Assembly: GCA_002633005.1 (NCBI GenBank)
Contig: NMRA01000284.1
Location: 156,156 to 220,155 of the forward strand
From: Phoronis australis
Lineage: Eukaryota > Animalia > Phoronida
Reading direction: 5' to 3'
Length of the DNA stretch: 64,000 bases
Below, one piece after another: positions 43,657 to 56,766 of the stretch. The position numbers and the translations under genes were made by a program. The notes under the pieces are model-generated. The model saw nothing but the letters and a program-made list of their open reading frames with translations, made no database searches and was not told the origin of the DNA. Position 1 is the stretch's first letter. Every line of letters begins with the position of its first letter.

Positions 43657-46600
43657 TTCTAAAACACGGTATCGTACATTATCGTAATTATTGTAGCTCA
43701 CGAAATATGGAAAAGGCTAAAAATAATAACCTTGTGCAGAGACGAATTTAGGGGAGAATGATGCCCTCTTCAATCCGCCACAACTCCAGCTCTAGGAGTT
43801 AATTCTAGGGTACTTAGGTGAGAGAGGATGTCGCCACCTAGTGACTGAAATTTGATCACTAAGAATCGTGCGTGTAGTTATTCAATGAAACAATGAAACT
43901 CACGAGTGCGCCCCTTTATTAGTTATTGCGGCCCTAACTGGACCCCGGTGAAGAATGAAAAACAGGAAAGAACGGGCTTCATAACGTACATCAAAAAACA
44001 GCCGGACCGGGAACCGGCGTAGAATTTTCCACCCTATACAATTTGAACTAAGCCCAACGACCACGGTCGCGGAGGTGTGGATAGTTCGTTGTTGGTAACT
44101 CAATTTAATGAACAAAATTCACGCCCGTTTAACACAACTCTACTGCATATCCAAAGTTTTTCTTCGTCGTGGTTTTACAACCGGTGCAACTTATTTGTAC
44201 CCGAACAGAATTCCTCTCTTATATATGTACGTGCCGCGGATTCAATCTCGAAACTCAGACTCGAAATTTCCGTCTTCGCAAAATCCTTTTCGCTGTACAT
44301 AGTCTAGCCAATTTGCGCTCTACACCAAGAGAAAAAAATGGAGAGCGCACTTTCTTCTAATAGACGGCGTGCACAGTTGCAGGGAAGAGCAACAGTTTGT
44401 CGTTGTTGGTGCCTATCATGACTAAACTCTGCTAAATAAAACACAGTACTGCCAAGAGCGTGACAATGTTGAGATGGTATTCAGACTCATTTTCGATCAC
44501 TCACGCGGCTAGGTAGACTCGCAGAGAGTATATGCTGCGATTTCTGCAAACCACGCAGCCAAACGCAGCCGCAAGACTCAACGAGGAAATAATAATAAAA
44601 AAATATCACTTTACAACTACTTATCTTGACAACACCACCTCTCATCAACACAGTCAGTTTCACGACCTCGCATTGACTGTTTCCAAGTTACAATATTTGA
44701 TTGGTTGTTGCAGTTTTGCATAAACGTACATACAGCAAAATGAGAGTGATTGGGAAGACCTCCAGTCCTATCAGTCGGACTTGCCATATCACCTGAGCGG
44801 TAGAAGACTGCAGCGGAAGCAATTACTTTGCAAATATTTGGGTGCACTAAAAGTTGCCTGTACATGTACATTTCTAGCCACTTCAGGCGAATGTGAGAGG
44901 AGTACAAGCGCGATGAGGCGTCTGAGTAATTACATGCGAGCGTCGATGGGTCAAGAAGCTGAGCACACTGGCTCTACTCTATGCACTATGAACATTCATT
45001 TGATCTTGACCATGTGATCACTACATTTGCACGCGCCATGCCAGAAAACTCCACCTTAGTACACCTTATTTTGAACCTTAATTTAGGCATTCATTGACCG
45101 CTCGGGGAAATTTAAATATTCTTTATAAGGCTCTGTTCTGTTCAACATCCTTCCACGACCACCAAGTACGTACATACTGTACATGATACATACATGTAGT
45201 ACGTGTTGTAACTAGTGGTGACATTGCTTATGAATATCGGTAATAGTGCAAGATTGAATGTTTAGTCATAGGTGAAAAAAAACGCGCGCTCGTAGAAATA
45301 AAACTGTTGATCTATTTCTTTGGAAAATTCATCTTGCGCGGAACTGAATCATCCGTAAAAGTTAAGATTTTAAAAATCATCATTTACCCTGCTTTTACAG
45401 GTGACTACATGTACATTATCAACATAATTAAACCTTCTTTTATAGCACCACATATAAAAGCCGTTCACAATCCCAAACACAGGAAAGTAGAAGAAACACG
45501 CTCCACGGACATAAATGTGACGTATGAACGTATCCAAGGCTAATGTGTCATGTTAATCAAAACAAGAGTTTCTCGATATACAAACTTGTGCGATATTTGC
45601 GCCTCGCTCGCTGATGCACCATGGGGAAGTGAAAAGAACCGCAGCGCGCTCAAATAATGCGTTATCACAACCTCGCCATTCTTTATGATACTATCAACCA
45701 CGCGGGGAAACGAGAAAAAACATCTGACGACTTTTCAAACTAAACACAATGAAGGATAGCCGTATGCTCTGATTGGTTGTCCCGATTCTACATAGAATGT
45801 GTTGACCAATAACTGCTCGTAACTCGAGTATCAGCTAATTACAAATCATACAGTCGGACAGTGTTTGCGAGTGTACTAATTTGACAGCTGGTCGACTGGT
45901 AGAGTTGTTTCTTAGTGTTTTTTATATAAAATCGGCCATTTTAGCATTTTAATCATGCAAACTGGATCGGACACGATGCAATGTTTTGCTTTGTGACGCA
46001 AAAAATTAAGAGCTTTTTATTGGTCATACACTAGGACTACCTATAATTTCTACTCACCGTGACAGACGCACCCGATGTGGTTCGTAAAGAAAAACATGTG
46101 TTCGGTATGATGTATTAAATACTTCTGGCGTGATAGTGTAAAAATGATAAAATTATATAACTTGCAAATGCAACTATTCAACCAGTCAGAATAAGCGAAA
46201 ACCCAGAAATACAAAATTAAAGTAAAGGGGAAGAAGCTTGGGGTGAGATGATTGTAATGCAAGTCAAGGTGCTTAGTAAAATTCAGCTGCTACAGGTATA
46301 AGAATACCTGTGCGCACCCAGACGAAAATACAGGGGGGCTCGAATTCTTCGATACGCGGACCTTTTATTGGAAAAAATTCACTACTAAGACTGCTAAGAA
46401 CAACAAAAAACGGGCCACTAGGTTCAGGACTGCCAATCGTGCATACGCGCCGAATTCCTGTGGACTTTGCGGACTTTTGTCTCGTTTGCTCAGACTTTTT
46501 GTTTTACTGAGGCGGACCTTTTTGCTGAGAAGAACCAAAACTTCGGACAAATGATGCACTCATGGGTTTAGGAAATCGTAAGGGAGAGGGGGTCAACCGC

Positions 46601-47162
46601 AACTTTCTCAAAAAAAATGTTGAACTTAATTCTCGTTTTGATCCCTAAAACCAGCATGCCGCCAAGAACCGCTTTTTGTTCGTGCCCGGTCCACTAATAA
46701 TTCATCTGTGTTCCGGAGAGGATTTCTACGCTTAGGTCGGGCGATTTGTACACTTTTTCGTGAACAAACGCGGTTTTCATATGCCAAAACAAGTGCAGTG
46801 CGCTGAACTTTGCGATTTTCACACGGCTTCGGTCTCAGTCATGCATATGGTCGATCAGGAAGCCGAACTACGCAACGGGGCAAAATACCCACTCCACGCG
46901 TCCCTACCAATCCTTCCTGTGACTTAACCCCCCCACGCACCCTGTGTACTTCACTGTTTCGACGGAGTTGTAGGTCTTAAAGGAAAATGCCACCCGATTT
47001 AATTAGTCTTTTTTATCGTTTTAATCGGTCTATATCCACATCGCCTTGTACACGGTCGACTTTACCTTGCCAAGAGGTGTCGCGTTAACCTGTAAGGAAG
47101 GTGAGAAAACGACGCAGCGACGTAAGTGGTTCATCTGCAGAGTGTATGCCTCTACGTTGCGG

Positions 47163-47350
47163 TGCATCGTTCCCGCTTGCCCGAACTATGAAGCTGCGAA
47201 GAAAGCGGGTGTATAGTATTTTCGACTTCCTCGAGAACCCAAATTGCTTAGGAAGTGGCTCGCGGTAGTGAAGAATGAAAAGTACGTTGTTAATAGCAAG
47301 TATGAGGCCGTGAAACATCTCCGTGTCTGTGATCGACATTTCGTCGACAG
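47163..47350 (+). pseudogene. THAP zinc-finger relic of the Kolobok-like transposase
   Basis: CIVPACPNYEAAKKAGV*YFRLPREPKLLRKWLAVVKNEKY...KHLRVCDRHF has the C2CH THAP pattern with conserved P, W and F. In-frame TAG at 47214-47216. Confidence 0.8.
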
Positions 47351-47374
47351 GTGATCTCTGGCATGCCGGCTTAC

Positions 47375-47530
47375 CAAAGAACTATCCCTACGTTCCGTTG
47401 CCTGTGCATGTTCATGGCGCCTCTCCAGTATTTCTTTATCAGTGTATTCCGGTTCGAACTGATAGCCTGTGAAACCTAACGATCCGTCTGTAAAGTCTTC
47501 GTCGGATGAGCTCTCGTCTAAGTCGGGATT
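47375..47530 (-). pseudogene. Relic first exon of the Kolobok second ORF
   Basis: NPDLDESSSDEDFTDGSLGFTGYQFEPEYTDKEILERR...SSL followed by the donor gtaagc. An acidic N-terminus with a Y-x-FEP motif is typical, as I recall, of Kolobok accessory proteins. Confidence 0.55.
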
Positions 47531-48081
47531 GCGAGTTGCGAAGTTGACGTTTATTATTCTGGGTCGAGATGATTTATTCTCACCCTAACCAATGCTTATA
47601 TAAAATTGAAACAAAGTCTGTCTCATTAGATACAATTTGTAGTGTCTTTAGAGTATTCGTGAGTGCAAATGCTTTGAGAAGCCGGCAATAAACCACTGCG
47701 TTACCGGCTTTAGATGCAATAAAGATAATTGACCGGGCACCGAGGTCGTGTGAACGCATGCTAATTCAGTGTTTGCTGACAGAAAGCTGTTGTGAAGCAA
47801 TAACTCGATCTTATATGCTAGGGTCACATGTTTGGGAAATCTTTATTTAGATATACATATAGATTATTCAAATCATTGTTATTGTACAACCTTTGCCCTG
47901 ACGATCTGTGTAAGGGAAACCCGACTTCGCGGTCCCCGGCAAGTAAGTAGATTTTCAGTTTCTTGGCTAATTCACCGAAATAATTACGTGCACATTATTT
48001 GTTTGGCTCACTATGATAGTCTTTTCGTGACTAGAGGTTTAGTTTCCAACTTAAGCTGGTTTGTGTTCGGTGATGTCCAAT

Positions 48082-51000
48082 GGGGCTATTCGGAGAATTC
48101 TCCTCGCGGTGTCGCTGCTGTACTAGTGGTGATTGAATTGCGCATGCGTGGCTGTCTGCATGTAAACAAATGGTAAAAGATGGAATTTTTATCAAAATAC
48201 GTCGTCGAGCTAAGCCTTATTACTGCTAATTTCCCTGGTGCAAGTCTTCGACAGGTGGCCACAAATTCCCAAAAGACCTAAGGTTACTATATTCGTGGAC
48301 AATTGCGGTCAACAGGGTCAACTAACTGACAAAAAGTGTGTGGATGCTGAAGCCCCGTGTGTGCTCTATGACTATGCAGTTCCATTCGGAGACTACACAA
48401 CATTACTTGGTAAGTTTTTAGCAATCAGTTTCTATCAACATCGTTCGGTGATGTTATCCCCACCAGTTACCCCACTGAATAACAGTTTTATTGAGTGGAA
48501 CTAAGTGTTTCTTTTTGGAAACTCACCCGATGCCGGATAGGCTAGCAGCACATATTCATATTGTCCTGGGTGGGAGTTCTCCCAAAAAATAAGAGGTGTA
48601 TGGTACATGATGCACAGAAGTCAAGAGTGACTTCTTCACAGCAGTTTCTCTTCAAAACTATGCTGTTTCCAATAAAATTCTCTAGATGAGTGAGTTTCCT
48701 TATTTTATCGTGGACCCCACCCCCAGGACCACCAGCTCAGTTATCGAATTAACATGAATAAGCCTTAATTCAGTAAATGTCGTAACATTGCATTGGAAAA
48801 AAATTGAAACCTAGAATGAATTTTACTTGTTGAGATCAGAAGCACATTTTAAGTGTCATGAAAAATACACATTGTTAAATCACTTTTAGCCTGTTTCACA
48901 TATTTTAATTCAGATATTAAATAAGACTTGGGTACAAAGGTTATTAGTTTCTACACATAAACATGAAGATGAAATGTCAAGTATGTTCTGCCTTACAAAA
49001 GTAGTTTTGTCTTGCCTTTTCTTTTACAATTTGCTAATATTTCTATTCTGTTACAGGCAAGAAAAAACAACTGAAACCAACCGCCTGACCATCTATTTCA
49101 CCGTTGGACACAGTGAAAAGCAATCCTTCAGCAATAACCTGAGAGAATTGAACGTAATTCAGAAATTCAGCACCTGATATGCCTGATTATGGACTCCCTC
49201 GCAATGTTGTTTCTTTCTGTGCTTTTTCAGTTTGCCATTTGTTTTTAAATACACTGATAATTGTTTATTCTCGAATCTTGTGCATAGCAGATTCTTATCC
49301 AGCTAGCTACAATTGAAAACATACAATAAGACAATCGATGCAGTCACTGAATGTCATTTCCCCATAATCTGTACCAAATTGAAAAGTTTTTACCAATAGT
49401 ATAAAGCCTTTCTTCTGAAAGGAAAATTTAATGTCACTCAGCTTTTGGCTTTCATTTCACTGGGTTCTAGTTTCAATGGCCTATAGAAGCGCTTGTAAAA
49501 AAGGTCCAGTTTCAACACGTGGCTTTCTTTCATGTAACCTCATTCAGCCTCAATAACATCCACAATTAGACCCTTGAAGGTAAACACAGCAGCATATCAC
49601 TTGAATCGTTTTGAGCCCAAAATCAGACTCTGAACTAGACCAGAGTGTGACTAGGTCTTCTTTAGCTTCAGTCCCTCATGTTTCTTCCAGGAAAGGAAAT
49701 AAGCTATTGTCCACACATGACTCATTGCCTATGAAAGGGCATCCTCACCAACAAGGCTTATTTGTGTAGCAGTCAGATATAGTTCGTCTGGATACACAGA
49801 CACTCCACTGGCACATTGTCTTATGGTAACTTAGTACTGCGATTCACATTTCTCCAGGGCCACTGACTTGCACATTGTGCCATGCAGCACTGCTGGTGTG
49901 TGGAAGTGCTGTGGGAAGAGAACGGAGTAACAAAGCTTGTCTATGATACAGCTTGAAGTGGCCTTAAAATGTCACTGAACCTGGAACAAATATTGAAATA
50001 TGAATAATTAAGTACTCCAGATTGGATCAAAAATGTTATCCCTGTTTTTCAAAAATATATGGTGATTGGTCTACAGTTTCACATAAAAGTAAATAATTAC
50101 TATTTTCAGAAACCAAGGGTGTATATAATGAGTATTGCATAAAACTGTGTCTTTATTTTTTATCCCTAGCCATAACAATTCTTTAAACGCATCACTTGTC
50201 TGTAAAATATACAAGTTTTTTGAGACAACTTCAAACCTTTGTTACCCATTTTCAAGACTTTTTAATTTTGATACTTTCAGCAATTTTAAACTCAGATTAC
50301 AGGTTCATGGGTCTGTCAAGCATACTTCTAGCCTAAGGTTGAGGGAACCGTTTTTCTTCTAATAGAAGATATGAAGACTTGGGTCATTTAAAAATGATGG
50401 ATAATCTTTCTGTTGTTTAAGAGTAATTACAAATCGTAAGGCACCATCAAAAATGCAATTTTCACAAAAATGGCAGTCATTTGAATTTATAACGACTTGC
50501 AACATTTCAAGGCATGAGTTAAGACTATTCAGTCACTGTGAATTCGGAAAATGTAATATATTTTCGTGGTTTTACAATTGATACAAGTAGCAAAACAGTT
50601 TCATGAAATCAACTTGAAGGGACTTCGTGAAGGTTAAGAATTACCTCACCATGCTCTTTTCCCCAAACATGTATTACCTGTTATTTCCACACATTCAGTT
50701 GTACCAAATATTACAACCCCCCATGCCAATCCCCCCTCGGGACCTGAATAAGTAATTTAACAAAATGACTTTAAAAATAGCTGTTCCTTTTCAAAGGCTT
50801 TGTTCGTTGTCTCCAATATTGAAAGTAGGCTTTGACAACAGATCTGCACTGGATGGGAAGATCTTGTTGGTTAGCTGCAGTCAAATGCTAAAAACCAATT
50901 TTTGTCCATTCAGGGACGGTGCAGAAGCGATGCATATCTCCTCTGCACGGTACAAGCCTTCAAACCTAAAAACCAAAGGTTACGTGAAAACTGACGTGAT

Positions 51001-51594
51001 AGATTTCCATTTCAACGTGTAATAGATTTCCAGAAGACATATGATAGGGAGTAAACAAATAGTCTAATGCAATGGATATTTATCACTCACGTACCCTTTG
51101 CCATTGGGATTGGATTGTAATCTTAACTCATTAACCTGTATCGAGTTGACAGCATAAACATTCAGCATTGATTGATGTAACTGTCACTGATAAACTTTTA
51201 GAAATCATTCCAAACAATAATAATGCTTTGATGTACGAAAAGATCCCGATTGCTACGTCAAGTATCGTATCACATATCACAACATACAAAGATTAACCAG
51301 ACTCTGGCTGGCGACTGACTGCCGCGAAGTCGACATCGGCGAGTGCCTCAGTTAACAAGCATCGTTAGAATAATCATGGAATAATCGTTAAAATAATCAC
51401 AAACCTTACCTTTGTATGAGGTCGTGCTTACTTCCTCTCATAGAAGCACCCTTTTTACCCAATCTCAGATTCAGTTGGCACGGCTGCAAGCCATTTCACC
51501 ATGTATTTAAAGGACTCGCGAAATCGAGGCTGTTAATCTATCACCACTAGTACACTCACGCCCTCTAGTTATTGCAGATTTTCCGAATAGCCCC
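48082..51594. mobile_element. ISL2EU-like DNA transposon relic nested in the Kolobok-like element
   Basis: AT|GGGGCTATTCGGA...TCCGAATAGCCCC|AT, with subterminal inverted TGTACTAGTGGTGAT (48119 and 51540). Plus-strand THAP start YYC*FPWCKSSTGGHKFPKDL (about 48217-48280) and a convergent YqaJ exonuclease relic. Confidence 0.78.
49470..49980 (-). pseudogene. YqaJ / lambda-exonuclease-like relic
   Basis: Fragments FHTPAVLHG...ALEKCE..., YLTATQISLVGEDA, LKLKKT*SH...VQ, AVFTFKGLIVDVI and LKLDLFYKRFYRP follow the order of YqaJ-family motifs. Several stops and frameshifts. Confidence 0.7.
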
Positions 51595-54500
51595 ATTCCC
51601 GCCGGCCGGAAGGCCGCGACGGGCCTGATCGGGATCCGAGCCACTGGCTGGGATAACAGGCGTTTTGTGTGTTTAGAACTGAAAAAAATCGCAAGTCTAA
51701 AATTACAATACACAGCTATTTTCTCCTGTCTGCATTCTCCGGATGAACGATTCGAATTTATCACCAAACAGACCCAAACTCCCGCGACCGACCATGGTAA
51801 CTGGCCTAGTACCGAACTCTGTAGGCTATGGTACGTTCAAATACCTATAAATCCGTAACAGTGAAATAAAACAACACGTTTGTTCAAGAACTCGATGTAT
51901 TTGTAAGGGTTTTACATCAAACCTTGATGATTTACTGTTGTAAAACGATGAATAAAGCGGTAAGTTGACACCAGTAAGCGTGTTGTGAACGACCAAACAG
52001 ACTGCGTTCGAACCGATTACGTCATTGGTTAATTTCAAAACCTCCGTCTGCCGTCAGGTGTCAGGTAAAACAACATGCTGTTATCGAGTGAAACTACTCG
52101 ATCTAAATTGATACAAAATAGGTTGTTTTTTGGGTGGCATTCTCCTTTAACTGCATGCCGTTGGCTGATTATAAGAAACCAATCCGGCAACGTGTAACTC
52201 CAGGCCTCTATGAGCGGCAATCGTGAAACATCAGAATAATCGTCTCTAGTCATACCTCCAACAATACTCAGTCTTCCATCATGCAATTAAAGACTCATCA
52301 CTAAAACTTCAAACTGTATAACTAAAACACTACACATAATATGTCTAACTGAGGCTACCACCAATCTCAAGCCCTCGTGCCAGCTCACGGCGGCGGCGAG
52401 TAGACCTAAAAAACAAGACACCAATTTTGACTATAGACTTAGTCTCGGGTCGTTCGATTAGTTTTGATGGCAGAAACTATTTTTTACCATGGCACAAAAA
52501 TTTCGGGACAGCTCTCCACATATAAGTAGGGCAAAGAAAAGACTTACCTCTATAAATCTATTGAATTATAGTCAAAATGCCCTCCCAGAGCAATCGGCTT
52601 GGTGGTGCCAAGAATACACAGCCGTCGAGTCGAAGTTATTATCGATCACTCCGCTCGCTGGTTCCCTGCGTGCCGCTAGACGGTCAGTAGCCAGCACGCA
52701 GGCTCACTGGTTCCCTACGTGCCTAGCCAGCACGCAGGTATCACGCAGTGGCACGCGCTTTAGCATTGGTTGATGTAATCTCAGCAGTCATTGGTTAGCT
52801 TTACAATACCGTGAACTCGCTGGTTCCCTGCGTGCCGCTAGGAGGGGCGATAGCCGCGACAGCACGCAGGTATCATTTAATTTTCCTCGGGAATTTTTTT
52901 ACACCGGCGTTTCTGGTTGGCTAGTCGAATTCTCAAAAGGCAGCGCTTTACGCAAACTAACTGGCATGACTGATTGACTGAAGTCAGTGTTGTGTGGTCT
53001 GTTGGGCACACAAATCGGTGCTTAAAATTTATGTTCAGGAATTGTGAATCCTAGGAATTGTGGGTGCGCTTTTTCGGAGTGCATCTTTCTACTGTCGATG
53101 ACTTTTGTTTACGGTACTGTCCTATATTCATACAGTATGAATAACACCGTCACCGTATATGGTGACCGTTACGTCGCACTGCATTTAGTTGGTGGCACAT
53201 TACCAGCAATTCGTAAACTAGGTCATCCGCCAGGTTCTCTGCGTAAACTAGGTCATCGTTTATGGACCAGTTAGCGCTTCACTCTCCGCGTGTCTACTGA
53301 AGAGAAGCACCAGGAAGATTGTTCTACATTTTGTAGCCCAAAATTACCAAAGTTCAAATATATTCCGTTAAAAAGGAAAGACAAAACATAATATTACAGA
53401 TGTCTGGCCAATATCATGAGTCACCACTCGTAAGCAAATCAAAGCTGTCCTTACTCGTTGCCTTATCTCGCACTACCTCAATCGACTAGTTTTCAGTTCG
53501 CAATGCAACAATACAATTCTCATAAATTCAACTTGTAATGACCCCTTTCAATTTTAAACCATGCCCGAAGTACTCGGAAACAATTTATTGTTAGGTACAA
53601 CGAGGTTTTTTTTCTCTGAAGTGGATCGTAAACACCTCAGGTGAGTTTTCCGCACATATAGCTACTTTGGTTTACTAGAGAACTGAATTTTACTGAGCTC
53701 CTATACCACATGGGCTGGGCCGCCGGTCAAGGGCCAATTTCCTGTTGTACGCACTACTTAGAGCATTAGAATCAAACTGTTATATATAGAGAAAACGTTT
53801 ATTACTGGTGTGAATATTATCAGCGATTTAACCAAAAACTTCGAATTAACTAGACCCACTAATGATAGTCTATGATGATGAACTGATACCAAAAGGCCAA
53901 AATTGGCAATTTTCGGCCACCCCATATTAAATACAAAATTTTGTCTAATTTTCTTCAAACTTCTACATTTCAATTTTGATTATACTGACATCTGTTGGGT
54001 CTATCGGCAACTAACCGCACATGAAAGGCTTGGTCGAAAATTATCGTTTTCTCACATGCACTTTCGGGTTTTTAGAGGCGATTCCACTGATCGAAGTGAC
54101 AAAATAAGCCAAAACTTTGGCCATACCATGTTAAACATAATTTTTTCCAATTTTTCTGAAACTTGGCCACGTTTTTAGCAAAATACTTAGCTATGTTGTG
54201 TGCTATCGGCAAATGTGATTGATTCATAAATAAGACACTCACGCTGTGTTTTCTGCGAGTCCCATGTATCCTGAAGGGGGCTGAGTGATTTTCGCGCATG
54301 CGCAGTTCACGGTTTCAATATTACTGGTAATGCTCCCGTTTAATGGCTCCTGCGCCAACAAGAAAAACGTGCGCCTCTAGAGGGCGACCTCGAGGCAGAC
54401 CGCGGCGAACGTGCTTCTTTGTAGGTCTTACCCGTTTCACCCCAATCCCGGCCTCAGTCGCGGTCGCCAACAGCTAGACGCGACAGAACCTTTTCAGTGG

Positions 54501-55370
54501 CGCTGCTGAGACGGTCCTTGGCTGGCCGTCGGCTAGCGACCGACTGGACTCTTCCGACCGCCGACATTCGCTGATCCAGGTCTTCGACGCGCCGGTCCGT
54601 AGGGAATTAAGACCTCATAACGAGTATGTATTTTTTACTGAGTCAATTGTCTGCTCTCCATCGTTGCCAGCCGCAGCGTAAAATCTGTTTTTTGCGATAC
54701 ATTCCTTACCTCAAGTTCTCAGTGCAAATCAGCACAATTTCCACGGTTATTTTCCAGTGCTGTGATCAACACAGGAAATGTTTCGATTAGTATTTACAGT
54801 CCAAAAGCTAAGACCCGAAAATAGAAGAAGAAAACTAAGAAAATCATCGAAGCTAAAACGACTCACTGTTGCACAGCTGTTCAAGGAATGTTTCAAGTTT
54901 TATATTCCCGGATGGATTGTTTCTAAGTTTCCAACAAACTCTTTATAATTTTAATGGTTCAATGCTTTAACTTGTATACTTCACAAACTCAAAAAATCTA
55001 ACCAATTTATTAGGAAATGAATTTTTATAGGTTATTCAACACTGCCACAGATCAGTCTTGTCGCTTGGGTACCGCACTTGGCATACATATGACGTCATAG
55101 AGTACAACAAGCCGGAGCACACGGCAACAAGGTTTTGCGGCGACGATGCAAATAAGTCCATATATATATATGGGATAAATAGTTCGGTTGGGACACTCCC
55201 AGATGAAATTAATTCGAGATAGAATATCGCAGAAGTATGTCTATGTATGTGGGATAACCTATATGTAGTGGCGCACGTGGGGAAAATCGGACAGGAGACA
55301 TACCCGAATGAGGGCACTGCGGGCCGCCATACAAGTAGTTCCCGACCTCCTGGATGCCCTTGGGCGAAGA

Positions 55371-56766
55371 CACAGGCGCTTGGGTTTATCTGTTCCTCGA
55401 TCGCAAATGACGTCACTCAATAATATACATAAGAAAACATAAAGGTTGGACACTTAAACTTTGCCAAGCCGAGGCTCCCAACTTCAACCGTCCAAAATCC
55501 AAATATCTGCGTGCACCTCCCCCAGTCTGGTGTTGCATAAACCTTCGAAGCCTTATCTTTCCTAGATCCCATTAACTGTCTTCGTGAGTGGTGAATTGGC
55601 GATGGAATTTCCAAAACAATCTCAAAACTGTGAATTCAAGGACCTGAAATAGTAAACGTGGCGGATTTCAATTGTGCTTCAACTTGTACGCCTGTCGTAG
55701 GTGAAACTTCGAGTTTGAGCAAGCAACCTATATTTCAAATTCAATAATTCTAATCCAAAACTCAACTAATTGAGAATGTTAAAGTTAGTATTTTAATGAT
55801 TATTTGTAACTTTATTCCACTGACGGCTCATTTTAGCCCTTAACTTAGAATTTTATTACATAAACTGGCGTATCTTGTTTCTCATCTTGACATCACGCAC
55901 TTTTTTGATTGAAGCACAACACACACTCGGCCAGGAAACGCAGTCCGAGCAAGTATTACAATGCGCGTGGCCGACGAGTTAACTCAATGGTTTTGGCCAA
56001 AACTAAAACCTTCATAAGAAATCACAGTGCACAAAAAACTTCGCATATCAATACAGTATCAGGATAATTTCAACATCAACGTCGCATATCACATCTGACG
56101 CAGCCAAGTCAAGTTATTTTTGAAATTCATCCTGGTACGGGAATTGGGGATAGTTAGGCCTATAAAAGATCTTTAACCCAGCCGCAGAGCGTCTAAAGCC
56201 GCGCACCGTACCAGTGACTGCTGGCAACTCATCGGAGACTCAACTTTAACATCCTTCGCCGCAGAGATAACAACTCTTGGGCTGTCTCCGGTGAGTCCAT
56301 TCTTTGTTGAGTGATGTTTAGGTAAATATTTGACACAAATATGTGAGTAATTGCATTTATTTGGCAATAAAGTGCTCTCTGCTTCTCATGATCAAGTAGT
56401 CGAGGGATTGACGATGAAAGCCGCGCGAAATTAGACTTTCGAATTTAGCTCGGGAGCATCCGTCAAAAAACCGGATGTGCGAAGACCGTCTGCCATGACA
56501 TCACGGAATCATTTCCTTGAATTTGTGATTTTGGCATTCTTTTGGCATTTTTGTGGCCAAATCACCACTCGATGGCAATTTGAAGAGATTGAATGAAAGA
56601 AAGTATTCTAAGAGTTGTCCGATGCTAGTTTCGTGGAGTTCCATGCACATTTGAGTAGAAAATTCTGAGCAAACAGGTTTCGAGTGTCCAACCTTTATGT
56701 TTTCTTATATGTATTATTGAGTGACGTCATTTGCGATCGAGGAACAGATAAACCCAAGCGCCTGTG
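55371..56766. mobile_element. 1.4-kb non-autonomous DNA transposon with perfect 84-bp TIRs and ~8-bp TSD
   Basis: 55371-55454 is the exact reverse complement of 56683-56766. Flanks are GGCGAAGA and GGCAAAGA. It is absent from the paralogous site near 39590. Confidence 0.92.

Larger units (their letters stand above)
39520..44460. repeat. Segmental duplication, paralogous to about 55300-63520
   Basis: Co-linear similarity of downstream flank, introns, exons and upstream region, interrupted by copy-specific insertions and one ~1.55-kb deletion. Confidence 0.9.
46981..52146. mobile_element. Kolobok-like DNA transposon relic (host of nested elements)
   Basis: TTAA on both sides and 15-bp TIRs (AGGAAAATGCCACCC / AGGAGAATGCCACCC, 14/15 identical). 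It carries a THAP relic on plus and a convergent acidic YQFEPEY exon on minus. Confidence 0.8.

Noticed and set aside
43900-44115. Similar short ORFs at 43900..44115 and 62925..63158 suggesting a conserved small protein
   Set aside because: The similarity is explained by the segmental duplication. The ORFs differ by indels and start codons, and probably overlap a 5' UTR exon of the MFS genes.
54350-54620. GC-rich stretch with coding-like composition and a minus-strand GTAAG donor
   Set aside because: The frames I checked contain stops and show no recognisable domain. Probably a decayed repeat.
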